Positions 9,941 to 18,558 of a stretch of 64,000 nt of DNA are shown here, one piece after another. The notes under the pieces were generated by a model that had not been told where the DNA came from, made no database searches, and worked only from the letters and a program-made list of their open reading frames with translations. A program made the position numbers and the translations under genes. This DNA is from an uncultured Planctomycetales bacterium (lineage in GTDB: Bacteria > Omnitrophota > Gorgyraeia > Zapsychrales > Fredricksoniimonadaceae). Every line of letters starts with the position of its first letter. Position 1 is the first letter of the stretch. Location of the stretch: assembly GCA_964572155.1 (NCBI GenBank), contig CAZNDZ010000001.1, positions 582,518 to 646,517 on the forward strand, in the 5' to 3' direction.

Positions 9941-11016
9941 AGTTTCCAGTTAAGCCCAAGGACAATCAGGCCTAAGATGATGTCAGGGATCCACATGGTT
10001 AACGCAGGGTCAAAGCTACCGTGACTGGCAATGCCTTGGCAAGCCAATGAGAGAATATAATACGGCGCGGCAAAAAGCACAGCGAATAAGATGTTTGCTG
10101 ATTTAGCCCGTCGATGGGTGATAACGGCAAAAGGAAATCCTAAGAGGATAAATAATAACGGCGTCCAAGACCAAGCCATGCGGCGGTGATATTCTGCTGT
10201 TAATGGGGCGGTGTCAATTGACATGGCATTTAATTCTTTAATCTTTGAGCCGAGTTCATCTAAGGTCATGGCTTTGGGTTTCTTTTCAAATTTGCCTTTT
10301 TTCTTAGATAAGTTCATGGTCACAAATGAGTTTTGGAAATTGAGCTTATAGAAATTATTGGGATTCTTGAGGTCAGGCTCGTCGGATGTTCCATTGATGA
10401 GCTTGAGCATGATCTGGTCTTGATTGGGGACTTTTACAAATTCGCCCTCTTGGGCAATGATGGTGCGCGTTGGACGATTTGCTTGGGGCTGATAAATACG
10501 CACGCCATATAAGCGATCATTGTCGATGCGATAGATAAAGATGATGTACTTATCAAAGGCATTGATAAAGCTGCCTGCTTCTAAAAGGGCAATGGGGTTT
10601 TGTGAACCTGTTTCTTGTAAGACTTGGGACTGAGCGGTGAAGGCTTGTGGGATCACGCGGTCGTTTAAGAGATAGACGACCAAATTAAAAATGATCCCAA
10701 CAATAATCAAGGGCATGATTAAACGGCGGATATAAATGCCGCTGGCACGCATGGCCAAGATTTCATTTTCAGCTGACATGCGGCCAAAGGTTAAGATCAC
10801 TGTCACCAAACAGGCGATGGGTAAGGTATATCCTAAAAGGATAGGGATATAATACACAAAGATTTTTCCGACAGCAGCAACGGACATGCCTTTGTTGATG
10901 ATCTTGTCAGCTAATTGAGGTAGATAACCTAAAAGAAAGACGCTTGTTAAAACACTTAAGGCAATGCTAAAGGGGGTAAGACACTCAAGCAGGATGTAAT
11001 TGCGTAAAATGCGCAT
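9928..11016 (-). CDS. lptF: LPS export permease LptF (YjgP/YjgQ family)
   Basis: Paralogous YjgP/YjgQ permease; first gene of the pair. Confidence 0.7.
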   Translation of the reverse strand: MRILRNYILLECLTPFSIALSVLTSVFLLGYLPQLADKIINKGMSVAAVGKIFVYYIPILLGYTLPIACLVTVILTFGRMSAENEILAMRASGIYIRRLIMPLIIVGIIFNLVVYLLNDRVIPQAFTAQSQVLQETGSQNPIALLEAGSFINAFDKYIIFIYRIDNDRLYGVRIYQPQANRPTRTIIAQEGEFVKVPNQDQIMLKLINGTSDEPDLKNPNNFYKLNFQNSFVTMNLSKKKGKFEKKPKAMTLDELGSKIKELNAMSIDTAPLTAEYHRRMAWSWTPLLFILLGFPFAVITHRRAKSANILFAVLFAAPYYILSLACQGIASHGSFDPALTMWIPDIILGLIVLGLNWKLCVS

Positions 11017-11019
11017 GAT

Positions 11020-11760
11020 TTATGACGTTATACTCAAGGTTATGATGCCCACATGGGCGGCACCGGCTTCTTTTAAAGCTGTTGCTGCCGCATTGGCTGT
11101 TGCTTTGGTTGTCAGCAAATCATCGACGAGTAAAATGCTTTTATCGGCGACTTTCTTTGAAGGATTCATTTTAAAAGCCCCTTGGGTGTTTGTCCAGCGT
11201 TGTTTTTGGCTTAAACCTGTTTGCGAAGGGGTTGGGACGGTGCGTATTAGCACGTCGGGATCATGAGGCATATTTAAACGTTCGCTTAAACCATGGCTTA
11301 AGAGGGCTGATTGATTGTATCCACGTTCTCGCAGCCGTACGGGATGCAATGGGATGGGGGACATGAGGTCAAAATCTGTGTAGGGCAGATGATATTGAAT
11401 GACAAAGTCATGCATGATCGGAATAAAGGTTTTACGCAAGGCCGTCTTTCCTTGATATTTGAAAGCATGGATCAAATGGCTTAAAGGTTCTGTATAAAGG
11501 CAGCATCCCCACAAGCGATCGATCTCAAGGGCTTGGTCGCGGCATTGAACACATAAACTATCGTCGCTAAAGTGTTCTTGATGCCTTGAGCAGCGCACAC
11601 AAAAGGGAGGAACATTGGCTATGATTTTAGATGTACAGGCTTTACACAATTGTTGCTGATGGTTGCTGTTAAGGAATGTTTTACAGAGGAAGCAATTATC
11701 AGGATAAACAAGTTGGCGTAAGCCATCCATGATGTTGAGAAGCATAATATATGGTAACAC
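11020..11760 (-). CDS. comF: ComF-family protein (zinc finger plus phosphoribosyltransferase domain)
   Basis: N-terminal Cys pairs (CFLC...CKAC; CVRC...CVQC) and a PRTase motif LLVDDLLTTKATANAAATALKEAGA. Confidence 0.75.
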   Translation of the reverse strand: MLPYIMLLNIMDGLRQLVYPDNCFLCKTFLNSNHQQQLCKACTSKIIANVPPFCVRCSRHQEHFSDDSLCVQCRDQALEIDRLWGCCLYTEPLSHLIHAFKYQGKTALRKTFIPIMHDFVIQYHLPYTDFDLMSPIPLHPVRLRERGYNQSALLSHGLSERLNMPHDPDVLIRTVPTPSQTGLSQKQRWTNTQGAFKMNPSKKVADKSILLVDDLLTTKATANAAATALKEAGAAHVGIITLSITS

Positions 11761-11772
11761 ACGAAAATAAGT

Positions 11773-11801
11773 TTGTCATAGGTGAGCTTTGTTCGTATAA
11801 T
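11773..11801 (+). promoter_or_regulatory. near-consensus sigma70 promoter (TTGTCA, 17-nt spacer, TATAAT)
   Basis: -35 TTGTCA at 11773-11778 and -10 TATAAT at 11796-11801. A strong SD AAGGAGGA at 11811-11818 sits 6 nt before the ATG at 11825. Confidence 0.7.
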
Positions 11802-11824
11802 ATCGAATCCAAGGAGGATACCTT

Positions 11825-12130
11825 ATGAAAAAATTATTACTCGCTGTTGCGTTGTTAACCGTTTTAACACCATCCGCTTTTGCAGCATTTGCGTCGAATG
11901 TGGTTGTTTTAGATAAAGCAGATGTCGTTAAATTATCCGATGAAAAGTTGGTTGATGTGTATACCGATGTTGTTGTTGAACTCGAAGCCATCCGCACCTT
12001 TCATGCCACCTCAGGCTTTTCACCTAAGCAATATGATGAATTCCGTGAATTATTAAAATACCGTCTAAAATTGCTCATGGAAATCCATGCGCGCAATATC
12101 GAAATCCCTCAACAAATGGAGCGTTTGTAA
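11825..12130 (+). CDS. small secreted protein (signal peptide), unknown function
   Basis: Signal peptide MKKLLLAVALLTVLTPSAFA, then a charged helical region. Has a strong promoter and RBS. Confidence 0.55.
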   Translation: MKKLLLAVALLTVLTPSAFAAFASNVVVLDKADVVKLSDEKLVDVYTDVVVELEAIRTFHATSGFSPKQYDEFRELLKYRLKLLMEIHARNIEIPQQMERL

Positions 12131-12131
12131 A

Positions 12132-12677
12132 ATGAACAATGATCGTGCAGAACTATTTAATGTCTTAAAGACCAAGGCTTTTTTTACAGGAAAATTTATT
12201 TTATCGTCGGGCAAAGAAAGTAGTTTTTACTTAGATGCCCGCCTTGTTTCCTTGAGTCCCATTGGGGCGTACTTAACAGGTAAGATCATGTTGGATATGA
12301 TCAAAGACGATGGTGTTGATGCCATTGGTGGTCCAACGCTAGGTGCCGATCCTATGGTTGGGGCAATTGCATCGTTGAGCTATCAAGCTAAAAAACCCAT
12401 CAATACCTTTATCATCCGCAAGCAACCAAAGCCACATGGCAAACAACAGCAAGTTGAAGGGCCTGAATTAAAAGAGGGTTCTAGTGTCGTTATCATCGAC
12501 GATGTGGCAACTACCGGTAAGGCCTTTGTTGAATCTATTGAAGTATTACAAAAAATGAATATTAAGATTAAGAAGGCCATCTGCATCATTGACCGTAACG
12601 AAGGGGCAAGGGAAGCATTGGCAAAATACAATGTGCCTTTAACACCAATCTTTACGATCAATGAGTTCTTAGCATGA
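12132..12677 (+). CDS. pyrE: orotate phosphoribosyltransferase
   Basis: FKTKAFFTGKFILSSGKESSFYLDARL and the PRPP motif VVIIDDVATTGKA. I preferred the ATG at 12132 (MNNDRAELF) over the upstream in-frame ORF start at 12087. Confidence 0.85.
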   Translation: MNNDRAELFNVLKTKAFFTGKFILSSGKESSFYLDARLVSLSPIGAYLTGKIMLDMIKDDGVDAIGGPTLGADPMVGAIASLSYQAKKPINTFIIRKQPKPHGKQQQVEGPELKEGSSVVIIDDVATTGKAFVESIEVLQKMNIKIKKAICIIDRNEGAREALAKYNVPLTPIFTINEFLA

Positions 12678-13252
12678 GACGCATTGTCTTAGCTTCCGCA
12701 TCCCCGCAGCGACGCAATCTCATGAAGATCTTAGGTCTTCCTTTCGCAATAGTTCCAAGCAAGGCGCAAGAATCATCGTCGATGGCGCGTGGTGTGGCGC
12801 ATTTGGTCAAGCATAATGCGCTGCTTAAAGCCAACGATGTGGCATCTCGTGAAAAAGATGCGCTGGTCATTGGCTGTGATACGGTTGTCCTCTCAAGCAA
12901 AAAACGTTTGATCCTAAAACCCAAAGATTTAAAAGAAGCGAAGCGGAATTTAAAAGAATTGATGGCCAAACCTCATTGGGTGTATTCTGGCCTGGTTGTG
13001 ATAGATACCAAAACAGGTAAGAGCATCGTCGCTGTTGAAAAGACCAAGTTGTGGATGAATCCCTTAAGCGATGCAGCCATTGATCAATACCATGCCCTTG
13101 TTAGCCCCTTAGATAAAGCGGGTGGTTTTGACATTGAGGGTAAAGGTGCTTTGTTTATCCCGCGCATCGAAGGCTGTTACTTTAATGTGGTGGGCTTGCC
13201 GTTAGCCTCCTTGGGAAAGATTTTAGGAAAATTCGGGATAAAAGTTTTATGA
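12674..13252 (+). CDS. maf: Maf-like nucleoside triphosphate pyrophosphatase
   Basis: N-terminal LASASPQRRNLM and the Maf fold. Overlaps its neighbours by 4 nt. Confidence 0.85.
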   Translation: MRRIVLASASPQRRNLMKILGLPFAIVPSKAQESSSMARGVAHLVKHNALLKANDVASREKDALVIGCDTVVLSSKKRLILKPKDLKEAKRNLKELMAKPHWVYSGLVVIDTKTGKSIVAVEKTKLWMNPLSDAAIDQYHALVSPLDKAGGFDIEGKGALFIPRIEGCYFNVVGLPLASLGKILGKFGIKVL

Positions 13253-14025
13253 CACCGATGTTATTCATTTGTTTAAGTCTTGTGGTGTTGTTATCCGGCT
13301 GTGCTTCTGAGTTTAATACAGCGACGGGCCGTCAAGAGACATTGTTGTACGGTGAAGATAAGGAAGCCAGCATCGGTGCCTCGATTGCCTTGCAAGCTGA
13401 AAAAGAATTGAAGATGGATAATCGTGTTGATATCAATGAACGCGTTGAAAAGATTTTAGATAAGATCACCGCTGTCAGCGACCGTCATGATTTGGTGTAT
13501 ACCATCCGCGTTGTCGATGATGATGAATTAAATGCTTTTAGTTTACCGGGTGGGTATGTGTTTATCAATCGCGGGCTTATTGAAAAAGTTGATAATGATG
13601 ATCAACTAGCCGCTGTCATCAGCCATGAGGTGGCGCACATCACCGCGAAGCATGCATTAAAACGCATTCAAGGCGCTTATGGCGCAACGGCCTTAGAATT
13701 AGCATCGGCCTTATCTGGTCATGGGGCATTAGCGGCGGGGATTAGTTTGGCGGCAAACTCAATCCTTTTTAAAAATTCACGTGAAGACGAATTTGAATCA
13801 GATCGATTAGGCGTTAAGTACATGCGTTTGGCGGGTTATAATCCAATGGAGATGAAAAAAATGTTGGGCAAGTTGTTGGCTGATCAAATGAAAGGCCCGA
13901 CACGACCGCTGAATTATTGGCGTACACATCCCTTTATTCCAGCCCGCATGTCCCAAGCAAATGCAGCAGCCAAAGGTCATGCAGATTATCGTGATTATCT
14001 AAATATTACCGGTGGCAAGGAATGA
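13249..14025 (+). CDS. M48-family zinc metallopeptidase lipoprotein (BepA/YcaL-like)
   Basis: Lipobox LLSGCAS and HEXXH ISHEVAHITAKHA with a downstream E (NSREDEFESD). Confidence 0.75.
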   Translation: MTPMLFICLSLVVLLSGCASEFNTATGRQETLLYGEDKEASIGASIALQAEKELKMDNRVDINERVEKILDKITAVSDRHDLVYTIRVVDDDELNAFSLPGGYVFINRGLIEKVDNDDQLAAVISHEVAHITAKHALKRIQGAYGATALELASALSGHGALAAGISLAANSILFKNSREDEFESDRLGVKYMRLAGYNPMEMKKMLGKLLADQMKGPTRPLNYWRTHPFIPARMSQANAAAKGHADYRDYLNITGGKE

Positions 14026-14441
14026 GGTATTTCTGGTTCTTGTTGATATCGATGTTCATTATAGGCACGGTGCATGCACAATCACCTAAAGTTTGTTTTG
14101 AGAAAAGCTGTGTAGATGTTTTCATGGCTATTACCGATTCTGAAAAAATGCGTGGATTAAGTGGGCATGCACCGCTTGAAAGAAATCAAGGGATGTTATT
14201 TGTCTTTGAGAAAGAAGGAAAGCACACCTTCTGGATGCATGACATGACCTTTAATCTAGATATCTTGTGGTTAGATAAAACAGGTAAGATCGTTGATTTT
14301 AAACAAGATTTAAGTCCATGTACCCCAACTGGTTGTCCCAAGTATGGCTCCATCAATCCTGCTTTATATGTCCTTGAAGTTCCTGCCGGTTATATCAAAG
14401 CCAAGGGGCTAAAACAGGGCGACGTTGCACGCCTGCCGTAA
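14022..14441 (+). CDS. DUF192 domain protein (secreted)
   Basis: Signal peptide plus DUF192-like core (FNLDILWLDKTGKIVDFKQ...ALYVLEVPAGY). Confidence 0.65.
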   Translation: MRYFWFLLISMFIIGTVHAQSPKVCFEKSCVDVFMAITDSEKMRGLSGHAPLERNQGMLFVFEKEGKHTFWMHDMTFNLDILWLDKTGKIVDFKQDLSPCTPTGCPKYGSINPALYVLEVPAGYIKAKGLKQGDVARLP

Positions 14442-14478
14442 GTGGCATATATCTATATAATATGTTATATTTTGCCTG

Positions 14479-17400
14479 ATGTTGAAGCGATTCTTAATTC
14501 CCATTTTATGCGTTTGTTTACTACCATTGCCGCAACTCCATGCCGCAGAAGGATTTTTGTCGCTGCCTGCGCCTGGAACCATGGTGCATTTAAGCCCTTC
14601 TTTTAATCCACCGCTTTTAAAAGGGATTAAGGTGCATTTAGATGACCCATTTAAATTTGATTTCATTATCAATAATACCGTAGAGACGCGATTTATCGCG
14701 TCTGATACAACAAAATTAATCAAATATTTCCTAGCCGCCTTAACCACCCCAGAACAAGACATGTGGGTTAATTTAAGCCCCTATGAAAAAGACCGCATTG
14801 TGCCAGATGGTTTTGGCCAAACTGAAATGGGCCGTGATCTATTAGCCCAAGATTACATCTTAAAGCAAATCACTGCGAGTCTGATTTATCCTGAAGATGC
14901 CATTGGCAAAGAATTCTGGAAACGTATTTATGAAGCAACAGCTAATAAAAATATTCCTGTTAATACGTTTAATAAAGTTTGGATTGTCCCAAATAAAGCC
15001 GTGGTCTATGAGAATGTTAAAGCAGGTACAGCTTATGTTGTTGAGTCATCATTAAAAGTTTTAACAGAGCAAGACTATAGCGCAAATCAGAAGAATAATT
15101 CCCAAGATAACAATAATCTAATTGTTAAAGACGTTGTTATCCCTCAATTAACCAAAGAAGTCAATGAAGGCGCAAATTTTGCACAGTTGCGACAAGTCTA
15201 CAATGCCTTAATTTTAGCAACGTGGTATAAGAAAAAAATTAAAGATAGCATCTTATCAAAGGTTTATACCGACCAAAATAAAATTAACGGGGTCAATATT
15301 AATGATCCTCTAGAAAAAGAAAGAATTTATGCCCGCTATTTAGAAGCTTTTAAGAAGGGCGCCTTTAATTACATCAAAGACTCTGGACTGCCAAATGGTA
15401 CAACAGCCCCAAGAAAATATTTTGCCGGCGGTTTTAATTTTGCCATGACAAGTCATATGGATTATGTCACATCCATCCCAGACAAATCCCTGACGGGTGA
15501 TACAGCCATTGTTCGTATTGAATTAAATGCATTTAATGATCAAGCCATGACCGTTGAGAGTGATCATTGGTACTTTGAGATGATAGCGCATAAAGAGTAT
15601 CGGATTGTAAAGAAGCGATGGTTAAATGCGGAGATTATCCGTGGTTTAAATGATCAACGTTTAAAGAAGTATTTAGATGAGATTTCACAAGCGGGTTTTG
15701 ATTCGGTTGAAAATCTGGCGCGGTTTTCATTTGGCACATCCACAACGCATGATATTTATAAGGATTTAATGTATGTTCAAAATAGCATCCGCACGTGGGT
15801 ATTTGATTATTTAGAGGACATAGAATTTGCTAGAAACCATCAACGTAAAGATCGTTTAACTGAGCTTATCAATGTTTTAAAGCTTTTTAGTAAAGATCCA
15901 AAGCTGATCTCACATCGCATCAAGAATGTCGGTTTAAAAGAAGCTGAGTATTTAAAACGCTTGATGTTGGTGTTGATGCATTCTGATCAAACAGGAGCTT
16001 TAAGTTTTAGATTTGATGGGAATGATGTGTTGATTGACGTGATCAATCGATCAGGTTTGCTGGAAACCATTGATTATTTGCGCAACGTTCAGCAAGGATT
16101 CTACCAAGTCGATCAATATTTAGAGAATGAAGATTTGATAGAACGATTGATCCATTATTATGAGGATTTATTACAAACAAATCCATATGGAGTTTATGAA
16201 GATCTGATTGATGAAGATGTTTTTGTGAATACGCCTTTTCTAGCATTAGGAGTTCTCTATAAGTTATGGCAAGAGGGTGATTTGAAAGTTAAAGGCAACA
16301 TAGCAAGTATTCTTAATAGAGCTGTTCTAGAGAATGAGTCCTTGCAAGCGTCGTATGATCGGTTTGCAGACCTATTACCAGAAGATGCTGTGATGAAAGT
16401 CATTTTGCATGGCCCAAATGATTCGGGGAATGTGTTACCATTGAAAGATGCAGATAAAGATGAAGCCATGACTTCCCGTCGTAGTTTATTGCTGGGGGCG
16501 GGGTTTCTGACGCTAGCAGGTGCGGGGAGTGTGCTTACGCTTAATCAAACATTGAATCGCCCATACATGGAGTGGGTGGATCCAACAACATCGCAGCGTT
16601 TTGGATTTGCGGGATTTACGTATCCTCAAGCTAGGCTTATTAATGTGATTAAAGGCATTTTTGATAATCAAGGCAATTTGTCGGCGTGGGGTAAGGCGGA
16701 TGAAGTTTATGTAAGGGAGATTTTAAAAGATCTGGTTGTTAATGATAACTTTCAGCAATTTGCTAAGGATTATTATGACGCGCTTATGCGCGCTGAAACA
16801 GCTTTTAATCAAAAGCCATTTGATGTTATTGCGGTCGAGGGGCAATTGCCAGATCCAAGGTGGGATGGCAAGTCTGTTATCGTTGATTATGGCGCCTACA
16901 ATCGCATCATCGATGTGATGCATAAGACGATTGCTTCTTTATTTGAAAATCAAACAGAGCAGCTAGACCTAAAGCAATTGTCTGATGTTGTCGATGCGCT
17001 TGTTATTCCACCACATGTCTTGATTGCTCGACGCAATGCAGCCTTTGCAAAAGTTAAGATGACATATATTGAGAAGCATGTGCTTTATCATGACAATGTG
17101 CGTGACAATTTTGTTGCACAAACTTACCTCGATAGGGGTTTAGATGATGCTTACAAGGGTCAAATGGAGTTGGCTAAAAAGAGCGCATCAGCAAGATCAG
17201 CCTATATGGCAGAAATTGGAAAATCACAACAAAACATTTTATTCTTAACAAGCACTGTGCATCAAAACGATATATATGCAATTCTGTCACAGAATCAGGC
17301 CATGATCACCCGCAGGCAAGTCTTGAATTTTGGCGTTATTGCGGCTGGAAGTGTTGGTTTAGCACATTTGGAAATCATTAAAGTAGAAGAAAAAGAAGCC

Positions 17401-18558
17401 GTGAAGCCCAAGATGCCTAAAGTAACCATCATGGGCATTGCGCACCCTCCTGAAGATCTGACAGCTTACATGTTTAAGAAGTTGATCGATAAAGATATAT
17501 TGTCATTGTCTGATTTTGAGATAGTGAGGATAGCTCGTTTGTTAAAGCAATTTATCGATTCAAATCAACGCATGCTTGCGCAATACGAAACTACCATTGA
17601 TAAGTTTTCTGCATTTATGGCGCGTCATGAAGTAAGAGTTGTTGGTGTCGAGGGTGCTGTCATGTCTCAACATACAAAGCAAGGGGAAGTAATTTCGATC
17701 AATCCAAATACGATTGAACTATACAAGAAAAAGGTAGAGAGAGCTGCAAAGACCTTGTGGAGTCGAGACGAAGCAAAGAAATATCTACCAGAATTGATGA
17801 AGGTGTGTTTGCCCATGGCTCATTATCTTTCAGTCAAATACCCTAAACCCCAAGAGATAAGAATATTGCCTTTAGAAAATGGTGTAATCCTTCAAGATGC
17901 GTACATTAGAAATAAACAGATGCTAGAAGCTAGGGCATTTTTACGTGATCGATTATTCGATGCGGATCAGTTAAATGATTTGAATAAACGAAGATTAGCT
18001 AATGCCGTCGAGCAGTTAGATCTAAGCGCCGTTAAGGAATTAGAGGATTATTTTAATACGATCAAGAAGATTTCTGTGGAGCATCGCACTGCAATAAATC
18101 AAGGTGTTCAAAGACTTAAAGATGCTGTGAAAGCCATGGTTGATATTAACAAAAAACGTCAACAACATTGGGCAGATCAGATTACAGGCATTAATCAGAA
18201 GGAAATTACAGGTATAAATAAAAACGAAATTGCAGTCATTGCTAGTTCAGCATGGACTAAAGACTTGGAGAATGTATTACATGCAAAAGCCGATGCAGAA
18301 AAACAAAAGATAGAAACACAGGTAGAGTTGATCGATCAAGCAATGACGGCAACAGGGGGTATTGATTTTAATGCCGATAAGATTGACTTCGATATTAAGA
18401 ACTCCGGCGAGGATATTAAATTTAATGTCGATCCTACAACGCTTGAACGATGGAACAATGTGACGGGGTTTGTGCCGGTGATTATTAATGTAAAACCCCT
18501 GCCACAAGGCGCAGCAGGGGTTTTGGATTTAAAAGCGTTTTTAGGAATTACTTCTTAG
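14479..18558 (+). CDS. large secreted/membrane protein of unknown family (P1), paralog of 45471-47357
   Basis: Sec signal peptide (MLKRFLIPILCVCLLPLPQLHA|AEG). A ~400-aa N-terminal domain and a ~70-aa C-terminal domain are shared with P2. Two internal Met-initiated Tat-like hydrophobic segments (MTSRRSLLLGAGFLTLAGAGS; MITRRQVLNFGVIAAGSVGLA). I recognised no known catalytic motif. Confidence 0.6.
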   Translation: MLKRFLIPILCVCLLPLPQLHAAEGFLSLPAPGTMVHLSPSFNPPLLKGIKVHLDDPFKFDFIINNTVETRFIASDTTKLIKYFLAALTTPEQDMWVNLSPYEKDRIVPDGFGQTEMGRDLLAQDYILKQITASLIYPEDAIGKEFWKRIYEATANKNIPVNTFNKVWIVPNKAVVYENVKAGTAYVVESSLKVLTEQDYSANQKNNSQDNNNLIVKDVVIPQLTKEVNEGANFAQLRQVYNALILATWYKKKIKDSILSKVYTDQNKINGVNINDPLEKERIYARYLEAFKKGAFNYIKDSGLPNGTTAPRKYFAGGFNFAMTSHMDYVTSIPDKSLTGDTAIVRIELNAFNDQAMTVESDHWYFEMIAHKEYRIVKKRWLNAEIIRGLNDQRLKKYLDEISQAGFDSVENLARFSFGTSTTHDIYKDLMYVQNSIRTWVFDYLEDIEFARNHQRKDRLTELINVLKLFSKDPKLISHRIKNVGLKEAEYLKRLMLVLMHSDQTGALSFRFDGNDVLIDVINRSGLLETIDYLRNVQQGFYQVDQYLENEDLIERLIHYYEDLLQTNPYGVYEDLIDEDVFVNTPFLALGVLYKLWQEGDLKVKGNIASILNRAVLENESLQASYDRFADLLPEDAVMKVILHGPNDSGNVLPLKDADKDEAMTSRRSLLLGAGFLTLAGAGSVLTLNQTLNRPYMEWVDPTTSQRFGFAGFTYPQARLINVIKGIFDNQGNLSAWGKADEVYVREILKDLVVNDNFQQFAKDYYDALMRAETAFNQKPFDVIAVEGQLPDPRWDGKSVIVDYGAYNRIIDVMHKTIASLFENQTEQLDLKQLSDVVDALVIPPHVLIARRNAAFAKVKMTYIEKHVLYHDNVRDNFVAQTYLDRGLDDAYKGQMELAKKSASARSAYMAEIGKSQQNILFLTSTVHQNDIYAILSQNQAMITRRQVLNFGVIAAGSVGLAHLEIIKVEEKEAVKPKMPKVTIMGIAHPPEDLTAYMFKKLIDKDILSLSDFEIVRIARLLKQFIDSNQRMLAQYETTIDKFSAFMARHEVRVVGVEGAVMSQHTKQGEVISINPNTIELYKKKVERAAKTLWSRDEAKKYLPELMKVCLPMAHYLSVKYPKPQEIRILPLENGVILQDAYIRNKQMLEARAFLRDRLFDADQLNDLNKRRLANAVEQLDLSAVKELEDYFNTIKKISVEHRTAINQGVQRLKDAVKAMVDINKKRQQHWADQITGINQKEITGINKNEIAVIASSAWTKDLENVLHAKADAEKQKIETQVELIDQAMTATGGIDFNADKIDFDIKNSGEDIKFNVDPTTLERWNNVTGFVPVIINVKPLPQGAAGVLDLKAFLGITS

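Noticed and set aside
12087-12131. Upstream in-frame extension of pyrE (MRAISKSLNKWSVCK...)
   Set aside because: It overlaps the end of the preceding gene. The conserved PyrE N-terminus begins at the ATG at 12132.
16500-16580. Internal Met plus twin-arginine motif in P1 as the start of a separate Tat-secreted gene
   Set aside because: There is no stop codon and no RBS-like sequence between the upstream coding region and this Met. The frame is continuous from 14479, so I kept a single CDS and reported the motif as a finding instead.
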